Of a stretch of DNA of 64,000 nt, positions 8,018 through 18,398 are shown piece by piece. Below the pieces are notes generated by a model. It did not search any database, was not told where the DNA came from, and saw nothing but the letters and a program-made list of their open reading frames with translations. The stretch spans positions 1-64,000 of IMG/VR virus record IMGVR_UViG_3300028735_000004. One strand, 5' to 3'. A program made the translations under genes and the position numbers. Numbering within the stretch: the stretch's first letter is position 1; every line of letters begins with the position of its first letter. The stretch is from a virus. Its lineage: Duplodnaviria > Caudoviricetes.

Positions 8018-9226
8018 TTATATAGCCGAGTCAAAAAACCTAAATTTACCGTAAGGCGTTAAACCAATATTGCCTTGATGTAAATCTTCTCTTGATGTTA
8101 ATATTTTCATAATTATTTCTTCTATTAATTCCTCAAACCAATGTGGAACCAAATGTTTTCTGGTTTCTTCTGATAGCGCAAGCCAAAAATCTTCTTTAAA
8201 AGAATTGAATTTCTCAGAAAAATATTTAATTAATCTTTTTAAGATGACTAAAAGATTTTCATCTCCATCGTTAGCCATTTGTGTTAATTTTTCCATTACA
8301 CCTTGTTTTTCCAATTCAGAACTGATCTTATAAGATAAATTATAAATGTCAAAAAGATGATATGCTCTTGGATGTTGTTCCGAAAAATCCTTAAACACTT
8401 TCATTTTTTCAATAATATAATAATACAAATTTGAATCACTACTATCTGATATAAGATCTACATCTTTAAATTCACCAACATCATATATCATTACTTCTGT
8501 TTTGGCAAGATCTGTTTTTTGGTGTAATAATTTTTGTGTCTTTTTTGCCGCATCATATGCAAACCGATAAGTAAATACTTTTAATACTTTACCGTCTCCT
8601 ATATCAAAAGCAATACCATCTATACCTTTTCCAAGTTTGCGAGGATGTTGTTTAATAAACTTATAAATATTATATATAGTATCTTTATTAGATTGTATAA
8701 AATCAGCAAAATTCTTTGAAAAATCTTTGCTCATAGTAAAGAAATTATTAATTACATCAATAAGCCAATTATAATGAGCAATATCTGGAGTAATGGAATG
8801 AAGTTTTACAACTTCTAATAAATACAATTTTGGAATAACTGATGTGGGAAATAAAATAGAACTGCTAACTAATCCATATTCTTTGTTTGGTAAAGTAGGT
8901 TTAAAAGAAATAATATAAGAAGGTCCGGAAGGCAATATGCTTTTTACAAGAACATAATCTTTATATCTATATACTAAATTTTGTTCGCTAAAAGATAAAT
9001 TATTTTTATTCATCCAATCAATAAATTCAGCATTAGTTAGAGAAAGATCTGTTGTACTGATGTCGGTTTTTTGGAGCCAATCTCCCCTCACGGGCGTGCG
9101 TCTCTTTGTACCGACCATTGTAGCAAGTGTGTCTTCAATCCATCTCTTAACAAGATGTTCTGGATATGTTATTTGTTGAGCCAAACAAAGAAAATAATAT
9201 TCAGATATTTTATTTAAAGTATTCAT
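8018..9226 (-). CDS. Atypical protein-kinase-like enzyme
   Basis: Gly-rich loop LGKGIDG, VLKVF lysine, catalytic DLHQGN and RFFD; likely start MNTLNK at 9226. Confidence 0.75.
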   Translation of the reverse strand: MNTLNKISEYYFLCLAQQITYPEHLVKRWIEDTLATMVGTKRRTPVRGDWLQKTDISTTDLSLTNAEFIDWMNKNNLSFSEQNLVYRYKDYVLVKSILPSGPSYIISFKPTLPNKEYGLVSSSILFPTSVIPKLYLLEVVKLHSITPDIAHYNWLIDVINNFFTMSKDFSKNFADFIQSNKDTIYNIYKFIKQHPRKLGKGIDGIAFDIGDGKVLKVFTYRFAYDAAKKTQKLLHQKTDLAKTEVMIYDVGEFKDVDLISDSSDSNLYYYIIEKMKVFKDFSEQHPRAYHLFDIYNLSYKISSELEKQGVMEKLTQMANDGDENLLVILKRLIKYFSEKFNSFKEDFWLALSEETRKHLVPHWFEELIEEIIMKILTSREDLHQGNIGLTPYGKFRFFDSAI

Positions 9227-9227
9227 A

Positions 9228-10391
9228 TTAGTATGTTGGATCAAAAAATCTTAATTTGCCGTATGGAGTTATTCCTGTATTATCCGAATGTAAGTCTGTT
9301 CGAGTTCTGGTTAAATTTTTCATAATTACTTCTTCAATAAATTCTTCAAACCAACCTCTTTGTAGTTTTGTGCCTTCTTTAAATTCTAAATTATATTTAT
9401 AATACTCAAAATCTTTAGCATATTTTTTGCCAAATATTTAACTGCTACTTTAATAAACTGATCCATTTTGGGATAAAACATTTTTGCTTTTAAACTCTCA
9501 AATATATCGTCATCAAGCATTTTAGATGTTAAATCAACAATGAAATCATCGAATTTTTGCTGATCTTTTAATACATTTTGTAGTGGAATCATTTTTTCAA
9601 TAATATAATATAATAAAATAATGGAACATCAGTTTTAGTTAATTTTTCGGTGTTTTTAAATTTACCTACTTCATACATCATTGCTTCTGTTTTGGCAAGA
9701 TCTGGGTTCTTATATAATCTTTCCCAAGCCTCCATTGCATCTTCATATGCCATCTCTCGTGTGAAAATTTTAAGAACCTTATCACCTATATCTAAAGCGA
9801 TTCCATCACTACCAAAGCCTAATATTTTTGGTTGTGAAATATTAAATGCCCTTCTTATACTATTAAAGGCTTCTTGGTTTGCGTTTATAAATTCTAATAA
9901 ATCCTGCTTAAAATTATTATCAGTTATATTCACTCCAAAAAAATGATCTAATACATCAATAAACCATTTGTATGGAGCCAAATCTTTAGTGATGTGCGTT
10001 TATTGTAGTCTTACTGTTTTAAATAAAAATAATTTTGGAATATTTTTAGTAGGTAATAATAATTTTTCTTCTATAATTAAATTATTATCTAAATCAATAT
10101 TTAATTTTGGTTGAAAACTTATATAATACACATAAATATCTTCGTTAATGATGCCTTTAGGATCATCAGTTTCAAAAACAATATAATCTTTTTCTATATG
10201 CGAATATCTGTTAGATGGATATACTGTTTTACCTTTTGGGGTTTTAAACTCTTGAATGTTTTTGTTTTCCCATTCTATCATTCTTCTTTTGATATTTTTT
10301 TACCCAATAAATCCTGAAGAAAAGTATAAATAGAATGAGACCAAGATAATGATATCAATTCATAATCTGAAGCTCTAACAAACAAATCCAT
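9228..10391 (-). pseudogene. Disrupted paralogue of the kinase
   Basis: Fragments 10000..10281, 9589..9981, 9386..9592 and an unannotated tail (DLHSDNTGITPYGKLRFFD) align in order to 8018..9226. Lesions: in-frame TAA at 10000-10002, a 5-nt ATATT duplication near 9600 and two 1-nt deletions. Confidence 0.85.
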
Positions 10392-10400
10392 AATAATATT

Positions 10401-10928
10401 CTATAATAATACAAGTTTATTAAACATTTTATTTATTAATAATTTAGACCAATCTGTTATTTGTTGATATTGTGGCTTATCTATTGTAAAAAATGATTTA
10501 TTTATTTCAAATTTTTCTTTATTTAATTTATCAATTAAATTATCTATTTGGTCGATTTGATTTTTCCCAGCCACTGTATTTAATATGGTAAATTTAGATG
10601 TCAGTGCAACGGAAGTATATCTGCTTATAAAATGACTGGCTTTAATAAAATTATCATTACCGCCAATTTCTATGCTATAAATAAATGTTCCATATTGCCT
10701 GTTTTCATATACCGAATTACATAATATTCTATTAAGACGGTTGTTTGAATAAAAATATTTATAATTGCAGCATTGTTCTACTGGTTGTAAAATATAATCC
10801 TCATCGAAATATTGGTAATCATAATAATCTTCAACATAATGATTAACTGAACTATCGTGAATTAAAATAGGGTTATTGCAATCAAAACATTTAATACAAC
10901 CGTTATTATAAAATTCGTTATAATTCAT
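10401..10928 (-). CDS. CxxC protein, C-tail family
   Basis: CFDC; ends KMFNKLVLL. Confidence 0.7.
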   Translation of the reverse strand: MNYNEFYNNGCIKCFDCNNPILIHDSSVNHYVEDYYDYQYFDEDYILQPVEQCCNYKYFYSNNRLNRILCNSVYENRQYGTFIYSIEIGGNDNFIKASHFISRYTSVALTSKFTILNTVAGKNQIDQIDNLIDKLNKEKFEINKSFFTIDKPQYQQITDWSKLLINKMFNKLVLL

Positions 10929-11296
10929 ACTAAGACCATTAATTTTAAAATTTTATTATAAACATTACATACATAGTGATCTTTAATTTTTTCTAATTCT
11001 TGATCCATTAATTGATAAGTGCAAAAATGATCAGGATATTCGGCAGTGTATTTATACTGATCCCATAAACTATTACAAAGAGCTCTAAAATCGTTATTAT
11101 AAATAAAATCTGTCATATACCATAAGATATTTGTTCTAACTAAAGTTTTTTTTATTAATATATGAAAACTAACTGTATAAATAAAATCATTATAATTTTG
11201 ATAAATAGAATATACTTTTATTTCATTATCATATAAAGATTGGCAGCACCATCTACTATTTAGTTTTTTCTTACATATTAAGCAACTCTCTATCAT
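10925..11296 (-). CDS. CxxC small protein, C-tail family
   Basis: CLIC; ends KILKLMVLV. Confidence 0.75.
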   Translation of the reverse strand: MIESCLICKKKLNSRWCCQSLYDNEIKVYSIYQNYNDFIYTVSFHILIKKTLVRTNILWYMTDFIYNNDFRALCNSLWDQYKYTAEYPDHFCTYQLMDQELEKIKDHYVCNVYNKILKLMVLV

Positions 11297-11607
11297 ATGA
11301 GAGACTTATATTTTTGTAGTTTTTCAAATAAATCTTCTTTAAAAACTTCTAATTTATGTTGATTAAAAAAGATTTTCCTTTTCTGGTTGCTAAAAACAAC
11401 TATACTTTTAGGTCTGGAGATAAAATTATATTCTAATTCATCGCATAATTTTATTTTGATTCTAACAATTTCGTTAAATGAAGAGTATATTAAAAAACTA
11501 CATTGACAATCGCAACCGGAATAATATATATTAAAAAATGGCCTGCATTCAAATTTATAATCACAAAATATACAACTTCGATAAAAATCTTTGTTTAAAA
11601 CTCTCAC
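11293..11607 (-). CDS. Zinc-ribbon small protein, C-tail family
   Basis: CIFC...CDCQC; ends KLQKYKSLI. Confidence 0.75.
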   Translation of the reverse strand: MRVLNKDFYRSCIFCDYKFECRPFFNIYYSGCDCQCSFLIYSSFNEIVRIKIKLCDELEYNFISRPKSIVVFSNQKRKIFFNQHKLEVFKEDLFEKLQKYKSLI

Positions 11608-11634
11608 TTCATTATAATATAACTTTTAGTTTGG

Positions 11635-11949
11635 TTATTTTTGTAAATATTCTGCTATTAAATCAATTTCTTCTAAAACTTCCTCGTAGGTTAAAAAATT
11701 CCTATCTTGTAATAGTTTATCTATTATTAAATCACCTAATATATTTTTTTCATTATGATTTATATAAAAAGAACATTTTTTAACATAAACTTTATCGTAT
11801 AAATATTTATTGAAATAAATTCCATATTTATTATTGCCTAATTCAAAATCTATACAAAAGTAAGCATCCCTTGTATCTTTCTTAAAATTACAATTATAGC
11901 AAATTTGATAATCATCTATATTGAACAGATCATTTTTACAATCGGGCAA
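11635..11949 (-). CDS. CxxC small protein
   Basis: Cys at position 4 and CYNC; same strand and size class as the array. Confidence 0.65.
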   Translation of the reverse strand: MPDCKNDLFNIDDYQICYNCNFKKDTRDAYFCIDFELGNNKYGIYFNKYLYDKVYVKKCSFYINHNEKNILGDLIIDKLLQDRNFLTYEEVLEEIDLIAEYLQK

Positions 11950-11953
11950 TTAA

Positions 11954-12295
11954 TCATTGTAGTAATTTATACTTTATATATAATTTATTTAATTTATCTG
12001 ACAATTCAATTCCTTTATATTGATTAATATAATTGATTATAGCGGTTAGCAAAATATCTTTAGTAATATAATGGTCATAATCGTTTTTATCATACATATA
12101 AATATATACTACCTCATCTAAGCCAAATTTAATCCAATTTAGTTCAACATCTAAATCTACTAAAAATCCGCAATCGCAATAAAAAGATTTATAAGAAGGA
12201 TTTATGCTTACCGATAATTTAGAGCCGCACTTACAATGTGTTAAATTGTTCTCTATAATTAAAAGTAATTTTTCTAAATCTGATAAATAAATCAT
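11954..12295 (-). CDS. Zinc-ribbon small protein, C-tail family
   Basis: HCKC...CDC; ends IKYKLLQ. Confidence 0.7.
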   Translation of the reverse strand: MIYLSDLEKLLLIIENNLTHCKCGSKLSVSINPSYKSFYCDCGFLVDLDVELNWIKFGLDEVVYIYMYDKNDYDHYITKDILLTAIINYINQYKGIELSDKLNKLYIKYKLLQ

Positions 12296-12636
12296 AGTAA
12301 ATTTAACAATCTTTTATTTTTTTCAAAATCTTCTTTGGTGAAAGAAAGTAGTATTTTTTCAAATAAACCGGGTGGTATTGTTTGCGGAATACCAAGATGA
12401 TTGAAGAATACAGACTGAATATGTCCATAAAGACATTGGTATAAATAATATTCATCAAGTGGTGTTGAAAAAGACGATCTAATTTCAATACTATAATGAT
12501 GATCGGTATAGCGCAGATATTTTATTCTATAACATTCACAAGTATATCCTATATAAATTTCACTATGGCTCAGATAAGAATGGCATTCATAACAATATAC
12601 AATTTCTGGCAAATTTTCTAATAACTTTCGATCCAT
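12292..12636 (-). CDS. Zinc-ribbon small protein, C-tail family
   Basis: CYEC...CEC; ends KNKRLLNLL. Confidence 0.75.
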   Translation of the reverse strand: MDRKLLENLPEIVYCYECHSYLSHSEIYIGYTCECYRIKYLRYTDHHYSIEIRSSFSTPLDEYYLYQCLYGHIQSVFFNHLGIPQTIPPGLFEKILLSFTKEDFEKNKRLLNLL

Positions 12637-12666
12637 AATATTTTTATCAAAATAATATTTATATAA

Positions 12667-13047
12667 TTATAATAATAAAATATATTTATTAAAATAATAA
12701 TTTAATTTTTCATAATTGCAACAAAATTTATCCAAGAACTGAGCCTTTTCATATTTCTGACTGAATATCGTTTTATATCTATAATCATCTTTAATTCTGA
12801 TGTCAAGTATATTAGAAATAAAATAATATGAAATTTGATAGTCTTTAAATGTAAAAGTGATATCAAACAAAACCAATTCATAATCATATTCGGCAAATAA
12901 TTTATAAGTATCAAACTTAAAAGTTTGACATTGTATGCAGTAGTAGTATTCTTTATTTTGATTGTGTTTTATGCCATAGCCGCACATCGGGCATTGATTT
13001 TTAATATATAGTAAAAAGTCTATAATATACATTATGTTAATATACAA
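12667..13047 (-). CDS. Zinc-ribbon small protein, C-tail family
   Basis: CPMC...CIQC; ends FNKYILLL. Confidence 0.75.
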   Translation of the reverse strand: MYINIMYIIDFLLYIKNQCPMCGYGIKHNQNKEYYYCIQCQTFKFDTYKLFAEYDYELVLFDITFTFKDYQISYYFISNILDIRIKDDYRYKTIFSQKYEKAQFLDKFCCNYEKLNYYFNKYILLL

Positions 13048-13323
13048 TATACTATATCACCATATATTTATGTCTTAAACAATAAACATCGTGCAGCCTT
13101 AGTCCTGGTTTATGATTATTTTAGTATTTTACTATATTTATCTTTGCAGGTAAAATATACTTCTAAAATTTTAATATGTACCTGCCCAACAATTATTCTA
13201 ACAAATAATTTCCAATGTAATAAATATGAATAATATGTTTTAACTTTATCTATAAGGTGCTTGAACATAAAATATTTCCTTAAATAATATTTTCTTAAAT
13301 ATTTTTTTATATTATTATTTTAA

Positions 13324-13671
13324 TTAAAAAAATATAGAATATTTTTTATAAATGTTTAACAAATTCTCTAAATTATTTTGAGGCCATTTTAATTTTAACT
13401 CATATCTTTGATTGTTATCAAATAACAAAGAACTATCTTTATAAAAATTAAATTGTATAGTTTTATTCCAGTACAATTTAACGGATGCTTCAAATAAGTT
13501 ATAATTATTGTTGGCGGTTAATTCAAAATATAGATTTAAATGTTTATTGTTACAGAAAACTAAAAGATCTAACCAATCCAAATCTCCCACTTCCATTTTA
13601 GTATTACAGAAAGGACAATTTAAAAAATAAATATCTTTCCAATGATACTCTTTACCGAATTCAGCAATCAT
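13324..13671 (-). CDS. Zinc-ribbon small protein, C-tail family
   Basis: CPFC...CNNKH; ends YKKYSIFF. Confidence 0.75.
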   Translation of the reverse strand: MIAEFGKEYHWKDIYFLNCPFCNTKMEVGDLDWLDLLVFCNNKHLNLYFELTANNNYNLFEASVKLYWNKTIQFNFYKDSSLLFDNNQRYELKLKWPQNNLENLLNIYKKYSIFF

Positions 13672-13937
13672 CTATATTGCTTATATATACCGGAACGATT
13701 TAAAATATGTTTAATAGTTTCAAGATCTTTATTTACCCTCTCTAATCTAAAATGAGCATTTTTTAAGTTCTCTTTATTAACTAGAGCAATTGGAATAAAA
13801 GAAATAAATTCGGCAAGCTGAACTAATTCGTTAATTTGCTCTTGTAGATTTTGAACATATTGGGTGTGTAAATCTCCGGGAGAAATATCATTTTCTTCGC
13901 TTTCAAATTTTTCCGCTAACTTTAAAATTTTTGTCAT
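13668..13937 (-). CDS. Hypothetical coiled-coil protein with an N-terminal KLA motif
   Basis: Starts MTKILKLAEKFE. Confidence 0.65.
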   Translation of the reverse strand: MTKILKLAEKFESEENDISPGDLHTQYVQNLQEQINELVQLAEFISFIPIALVNKENLKNAHFRLERVNKDLETIKHILNRSGIYKQYR

Positions 13938-14414
13938 TTAATATCCTACAATTTTCTCTAAAAATTTGCGTAATCTTTTTAAATCAGCATCGGTCATATC
14001 ATCTACATAAGATATAATTAAACTTAAAATTCTTTTATTTTCTTCTTTTAAAGAATTATCTGAAGCGCCTTTAAATAATTCATTGGCGTAATCTAAATTA
14101 TTTACTAATAATTCTTCAACTTTATGTTTGACTCCACATTCTTCTGCGAGCGGTGAAATATACATTTTTGTACCAAATTTATTATTTGGAAACAATATAC
14201 TTAATCTCCATCCCAATATATTTTCTATATCTTCTTTACCAGCATATACAACTGCCAAATCAAATTCTTTACATTTGCTTAATAAAATTGGTATTTTAGA
14301 GTTTTGTTTTTCCAATACCTCTAATAGAGACTGAGATACAGAATTGTAATACACCGTAGTCAATTTGTCAATACTACAGGAGGCAGTAATATAAAATTTA
14401 GTTAATAAATCCAT
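13938..14414 (-). CDS. Hypothetical protein
   Basis: 158-aa ORF abutting its neighbours. Confidence 0.65.
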   Translation of the reverse strand: MDLLTKFYITASCSIDKLTTVYYNSVSQSLLEVLEKQNSKIPILLSKCKEFDLAVVYAGKEDIENILGWRLSILFPNNKFGTKMYISPLAEECGVKHKVEELLVNNLDYANELFKGASDNSLKEENKRILSLIISYVDDMTDADLKRLRKFLEKIVGY

Positions 14415-14423
14415 ATCTATATG

Positions 14424-14996
14424 TCAAATTAATATAATGTATTTTTTAATTTTATTTATTACTTCATCATCATTTTTAAAATTAAAATTTTTAAATGGGA
14501 TAGCGACATTTAGTTTATGCTTAATTAATTTTTCATCTTGATTATATGAAACATAAGTAATATTTTCATTATGAAAAACATTAATATGATATTTGTCGGT
14601 TCTCACATATTCTTTAGAAATATTAAAGATTAGTGGGTCTATCTCTGTAATCACTTGTGATGATATAACAAAATGCGTATTAACTGAACAATTTAATATT
14701 ACTTGAAAAGAATAACATAAATCTTTTAAATTAAGATTATTAACTCGCAATGAATTAGGCGTAATAGTTAATGGAGAATAATAGGAACTATCTATCATAA
14801 ATTTCTCTAATGTTTGAGACGCATATTTAATTCCGTAAATATCTTCACATATAATTAAATCGTCGTGTAATTCTGAAACAACATATGTTAAATCATATGT
14901 ATCTACATTAACTAAAGTCAAATCTAACTTTATAGTAATTTTAGCATTACATAAGGGGCAATTGCTATAGGAAAATAATAAATCAAACGGTTTCAT
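14424..14996 (-). CDS. Long CxxC protein, C-tail family
   Basis: CPLC...CSVNTH; ends KIKKYIILI. Confidence 0.75.
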   Translation of the reverse strand: MKPFDLLFSYSNCPLCNAKITIKLDLTLVNVDTYDLTYVVSELHDDLIICEDIYGIKYASQTLEKFMIDSSYYSPLTITPNSLRVNNLNLKDLCYSFQVILNCSVNTHFVISSQVITEIDPLIFNISKEYVRTDKYHINVFHNENITYVSYNQDEKLIKHKLNVAIPFKNFNFKNDDEVINKIKKYIILI

Positions 14997-15520
14997 TGTA
15001 ATGGGGCCAACTTAATTATTTTATCTACCGTTTGTTGTAAATCGCTATAGTTTGGTTTTATCGGGTGCGGTAAATAATAATACATATCACTTTTTTCTCT
15101 AGTTAATAAAGTATAATTATTTAAATAAAAAATTTGAATAACATAATTACCGCCAGAAGAAGTAAATACACATTTTTCAAAATTCATTAATGGTTCATAT
15201 TTTCCATTTTTATCTTGCATTATTTTAAATTTTGAATAAAATCGATAACAGGATCTACAATCTTTTATATTTTTAATCCTTAATTTAAAAACTAATTCTA
15301 ATAAATCATTATAATTTTTAACATTATTGTTTTCTATATTTAAATCAATTAACTTACTATCAACAAGTCCATAACATCCAAATTGATCATATAAAGATAA
15401 AACATCTCCATCTAATTTAAAATCTACAGTTATTTCATTAATATACCAGGAATAATTTAAAAGAGAATTACAAAATGGACAATGTTTTGGATTATCAATA
15501 TAATATTTAATATTATCCAC
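14993..15520 (-). CDS. Long double-CxxC protein, C-tail family
   Basis: CPFC...CRSC; ends KIIKLAPLQ. Confidence 0.75.
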   Translation of the reverse strand: MDNIKYYIDNPKHCPFCNSLLNYSWYINEITVDFKLDGDVLSLYDQFGCYGLVDSKLIDLNIENNNVKNYNDLLELVFKLRIKNIKDCRSCYRFYSKFKIMQDKNGKYEPLMNFEKCVFTSSGGNYVIQIFYLNNYTLLTREKSDMYYYLPHPIKPNYSDLQQTVDKIIKLAPLQ

Positions 15521-15535
15521 ATAATAATGCGGTAA

Positions 15536-16069
15536 TTATAGTAGCGATGAAAGATTATTAATTTTTTGAATTATAGATTGTTTATTTTTAAAGTTTAATG
15601 ATTTAAAATTTAAAATAGGAAAAATTATTTCTTTCTTGAATGCAGGATCATATATTGAAACAATAGTTTGATTTTGTCTTGGCAGATTTATCATTATGTA
15701 ATGTTCTTTTTCTAAATAAAATCCCAAAATTTCTCTATCCTCTACTACAGGAGAATATTTACCAATTTGTTCATCAAAAGATAAATAATTAGAAGTGCTC
15801 CAATATAAATAATCATTAACTTCTGGACAAACCTTGCATTTTAACTCAATTAATAGATCTTGATATAATTGATCTTTGAAATTAAAGAACGCTTCATTGT
15901 TTGATAAATTAATTTTAATTTTATCTTTTCTATTATCTAAAATAATCTCATCATTAATTGATTCAGACATATAATTATATTTTTTCCCAACTACCTGTAT
16001 GCTAAACCCAAATTTACTATTAAGACATACTGGGCAAATTTTATTATTTATATATTCTTTTATGTACAT
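15536..16069 (-). CDS. Long double-CxxC protein, C-tail family
   Basis: Start placed at MYIKEY (16069) by analogy to paralogues; CPVC...CKVC; ends KINNLSSLL. Confidence 0.75.
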   Translation of the reverse strand: MYIKEYINNKICPVCLNSKFGFSIQVVGKKYNYMSESINDEIILDNRKDKIKINLSNNEAFFNFKDQLYQDLLIELKCKVCPEVNDYLYWSTSNYLSFDEQIGKYSPVVEDREILGFYLEKEHYIMINLPRQNQTIVSIYDPAFKKEIIFPILNFKSLNFKNKQSIIQKINNLSSLL

Positions 16070-16097
16070 AATGAAATGCAAATTATCGCATATATAT

Positions 16098-17819
16098 ATG
16101 GAACTTTTTGATTTAGAGATGCTTTTTAAACTGGCAGCTTTGGATGTTTTTAAAGATAAAGATATGCCAAGTTGGATTAAAAATAGTCCAGCCTTTGAAG
16201 GAATGAAAGAAGTTAAAAAAGTTTTTCCAAATTTTGGATTAAGTAATTTTAGAAAAAAAATTGAAACTCCTATTCTTGATACGGTAAAGCAAAAAGCCGC
16301 CTCCAATGTAATTTATGTAATAAGCTCAAATATTCTCTACGCAAAAAATAATTTAAATTATAAAATTGAAGAACTTGAAAATTCTCCTAAAAAAGATAAT
16401 GAATTAATATCAAAATGGCGAAACGATTATGTATCACTACTATATACTCAACAAGCTCTTAATAAAATTTTAAATATTTTAAATTCTAATAAATTAAATG
16501 AAATAGTTAAGATAAATGAAAAAGGTATTATGAATTTAGTTTTTCCAGAAGATATTGTTATAAATTATAAAATAAATGACAAAATAATCAAAAAGAAATT
16601 AGCATCTAAAAACGAGAGTTTATTTAAAGTATATGATAAAGTAAAAGATGCATTAAAAGAATTTAATATTGAATTAGATAATTTAGATAAATCATTATTT
16701 ATAAAAGAATTTCATAAAGTCAATAAACCAAATAATTTAGAAATTGTGTTTAGATCAGAAAAGGAAGGCGCCTGGGATATTTGCACTATGTCAGAAAGAG
16801 GTATAACTTCTTGCCAATCCTGGGATCTAAAATACTCTAGATTTAATAATCATTTGGTTGGAAGCATTTTAAGCAAGTATGTTGGTATTATTTATTTAAC
16901 TGCTGGTAGTGATTATCAAGGCAAAGGTGAAAAAATGCACGCCAGAAGTATTGTTAATTTTGTTTTGATTAATAAAGGTAAAGAAAAAGAACCTGCTATC
17001 TTATTATCTTCAATGTATCCGATTTATAACAAAGATGTTGCAAAATTATTTATTGATGCTTTATCGGAAAAAACTAATTTAAAGATAATTGATGCAAGCG
17101 CAATAAGCAACAATATCGTAGATTCGGAAGAATATGAAAAACAAATTGCGGAATTAAATAAATTAAATCCAATGCTGCCGCCGGAAAAATTACCAATAGA
17201 GCCATATTCCGATGTTAAGTTGCCCAGAATGACAAAAGAATGGATGCCCAAAAAACCTAATATAAGAGATTATTCAAATATAGAAGATTATCAAAGGGCG
17301 TTTAAAAATTATAAAGAAACTTTAAATAAACTTAAAGAATTAAAAAAATCAGATAAATCAGATAAATTATTATCATTCTCGCAAAGGGTTTTTCAAGATA
17401 TTAATCCAACGCATAAAGTTAAAAGTATATTAGTTGATATATCGAATCAAGAAGGAAATTTTGAAAGATATGATGCACTTAGTCTGTATGTATTTAATTT
17501 AACGAATAAAATTTTAAGCTCCATTCGTAATTCACAACATTCTATTAAAATAAATGCCGATAGCCAAAATCCAATGTTTGCTATAAGATCTTTTCTTTTA
17601 AGTTTAAGTAATTTTGATAAATTAAAAAATATTTCTTTTGGTTCTTGTCAGAATATTTTTGCTGAAATGAGAAAAGACTATAGACTAAAAGATGATGATT
17701 TTGAATTCCTTTATGATTTAATTATCAATAGTATAGTGGGTCAAACCAAACATATTATTAATAACTTAACAACCTATATGATTAATAATGGTTTTAAAGA
17801 ATTATTACCCGAGGATTGA
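16098..17819 (+). CDS. Large hypothetical protein (~573 aa), inverted relative to the array
   Basis: Start MELFDLEMLFKLAA avoids overlap with 15536..16069; globular core WDICTMSERGITSCQSW. Confidence 0.75.
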   Translation: MELFDLEMLFKLAALDVFKDKDMPSWIKNSPAFEGMKEVKKVFPNFGLSNFRKKIETPILDTVKQKAASNVIYVISSNILYAKNNLNYKIEELENSPKKDNELISKWRNDYVSLLYTQQALNKILNILNSNKLNEIVKINEKGIMNLVFPEDIVINYKINDKIIKKKLASKNESLFKVYDKVKDALKEFNIELDNLDKSLFIKEFHKVNKPNNLEIVFRSEKEGAWDICTMSERGITSCQSWDLKYSRFNNHLVGSILSKYVGIIYLTAGSDYQGKGEKMHARSIVNFVLINKGKEKEPAILLSSMYPIYNKDVAKLFIDALSEKTNLKIIDASAISNNIVDSEEYEKQIAELNKLNPMLPPEKLPIEPYSDVKLPRMTKEWMPKKPNIRDYSNIEDYQRAFKNYKETLNKLKELKKSDKSDKLLSFSQRVFQDINPTHKVKSILVDISNQEGNFERYDALSLYVFNLTNKILSSIRNSQHSIKINADSQNPMFAIRSFLLSLSNFDKLKNISFGSCQNIFAEMRKDYRLKDDDFEFLYDLIINSIVGQTKHIINNLTTYMINNGFKELLPED

Positions 17820-18398
17820 AACATTTCTAATATATCTCATTAATTTTTCTTTATTATTAAAATCTATTTGAGAAAACGGCGTAAATGGAACATCTATGAC
17901 ATAAGGTTTTTCATTAGATTTGGATATTAACATTTTAGATGTATTATCTTTATAGTTATTAAACACTACATAACTGATTTTTTCATTATTGCTGTTGATA
18001 TCGTGAATTTGAAATTTTTCTCCAGAAATACCTATGTTTTTAATTAATCTTTTTTCCTCATCATATCTTAATGTATTTGACCAATACCTAAAATTATTAC
18101 AATTGTAGCATCGCACTTCTAATTTAAAAATTTCAGTATAGTTATCATAATACAATCTTTTAATCATAAAAACTATATTATCAATGTAAAGTGGTCCATC
18201 AGAAATAACTTTGTTATTTTTAAACAAAATATCAAAAGTTATATTCGGATCTTCATTTTCTTTTATAATTGTGATGGAAACCCGATCATCTTTTATTTCT
18301 AATGCGGTTGTGTTAGGAAGATCGACATCAATGGTTAGCCAACTGTTGCATAATGGACATCTTCGATAATAATAAATTAAATCTTTAATACTTTTCAT
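17805..18398 (-). CDS. Long double-CxxC protein, C-tail family
   Basis: CPLC...CYNC; ends YIRNVSILG. Confidence 0.75.
   Translation of the reverse strand: MKSIKDLIYYYRRCPLCNSWLTIDVDLPNTTALEIKDDRVSITIIKENEDPNITFDILFKNNKVISDGPLYIDNIVFMIKRLYYDNYTEIFKLEVRCYNCNNFRYWSNTLRYDEEKRLIKNIGISGEKFQIHDINSNNEKISYVVFNNYKDNTSKMLISKSNEKPYVIDVPFTPFSQIDFNNKEKLMRYIRNVSILG

Noticed and set aside
15536-16306. Extended starts at 16306 (-) and 15999 (+) giving a 300-nt antisense overlap
   Set aside because: The internal Met codons at 16069 and 16098 match the paralogue N-termini and remove the overlap.
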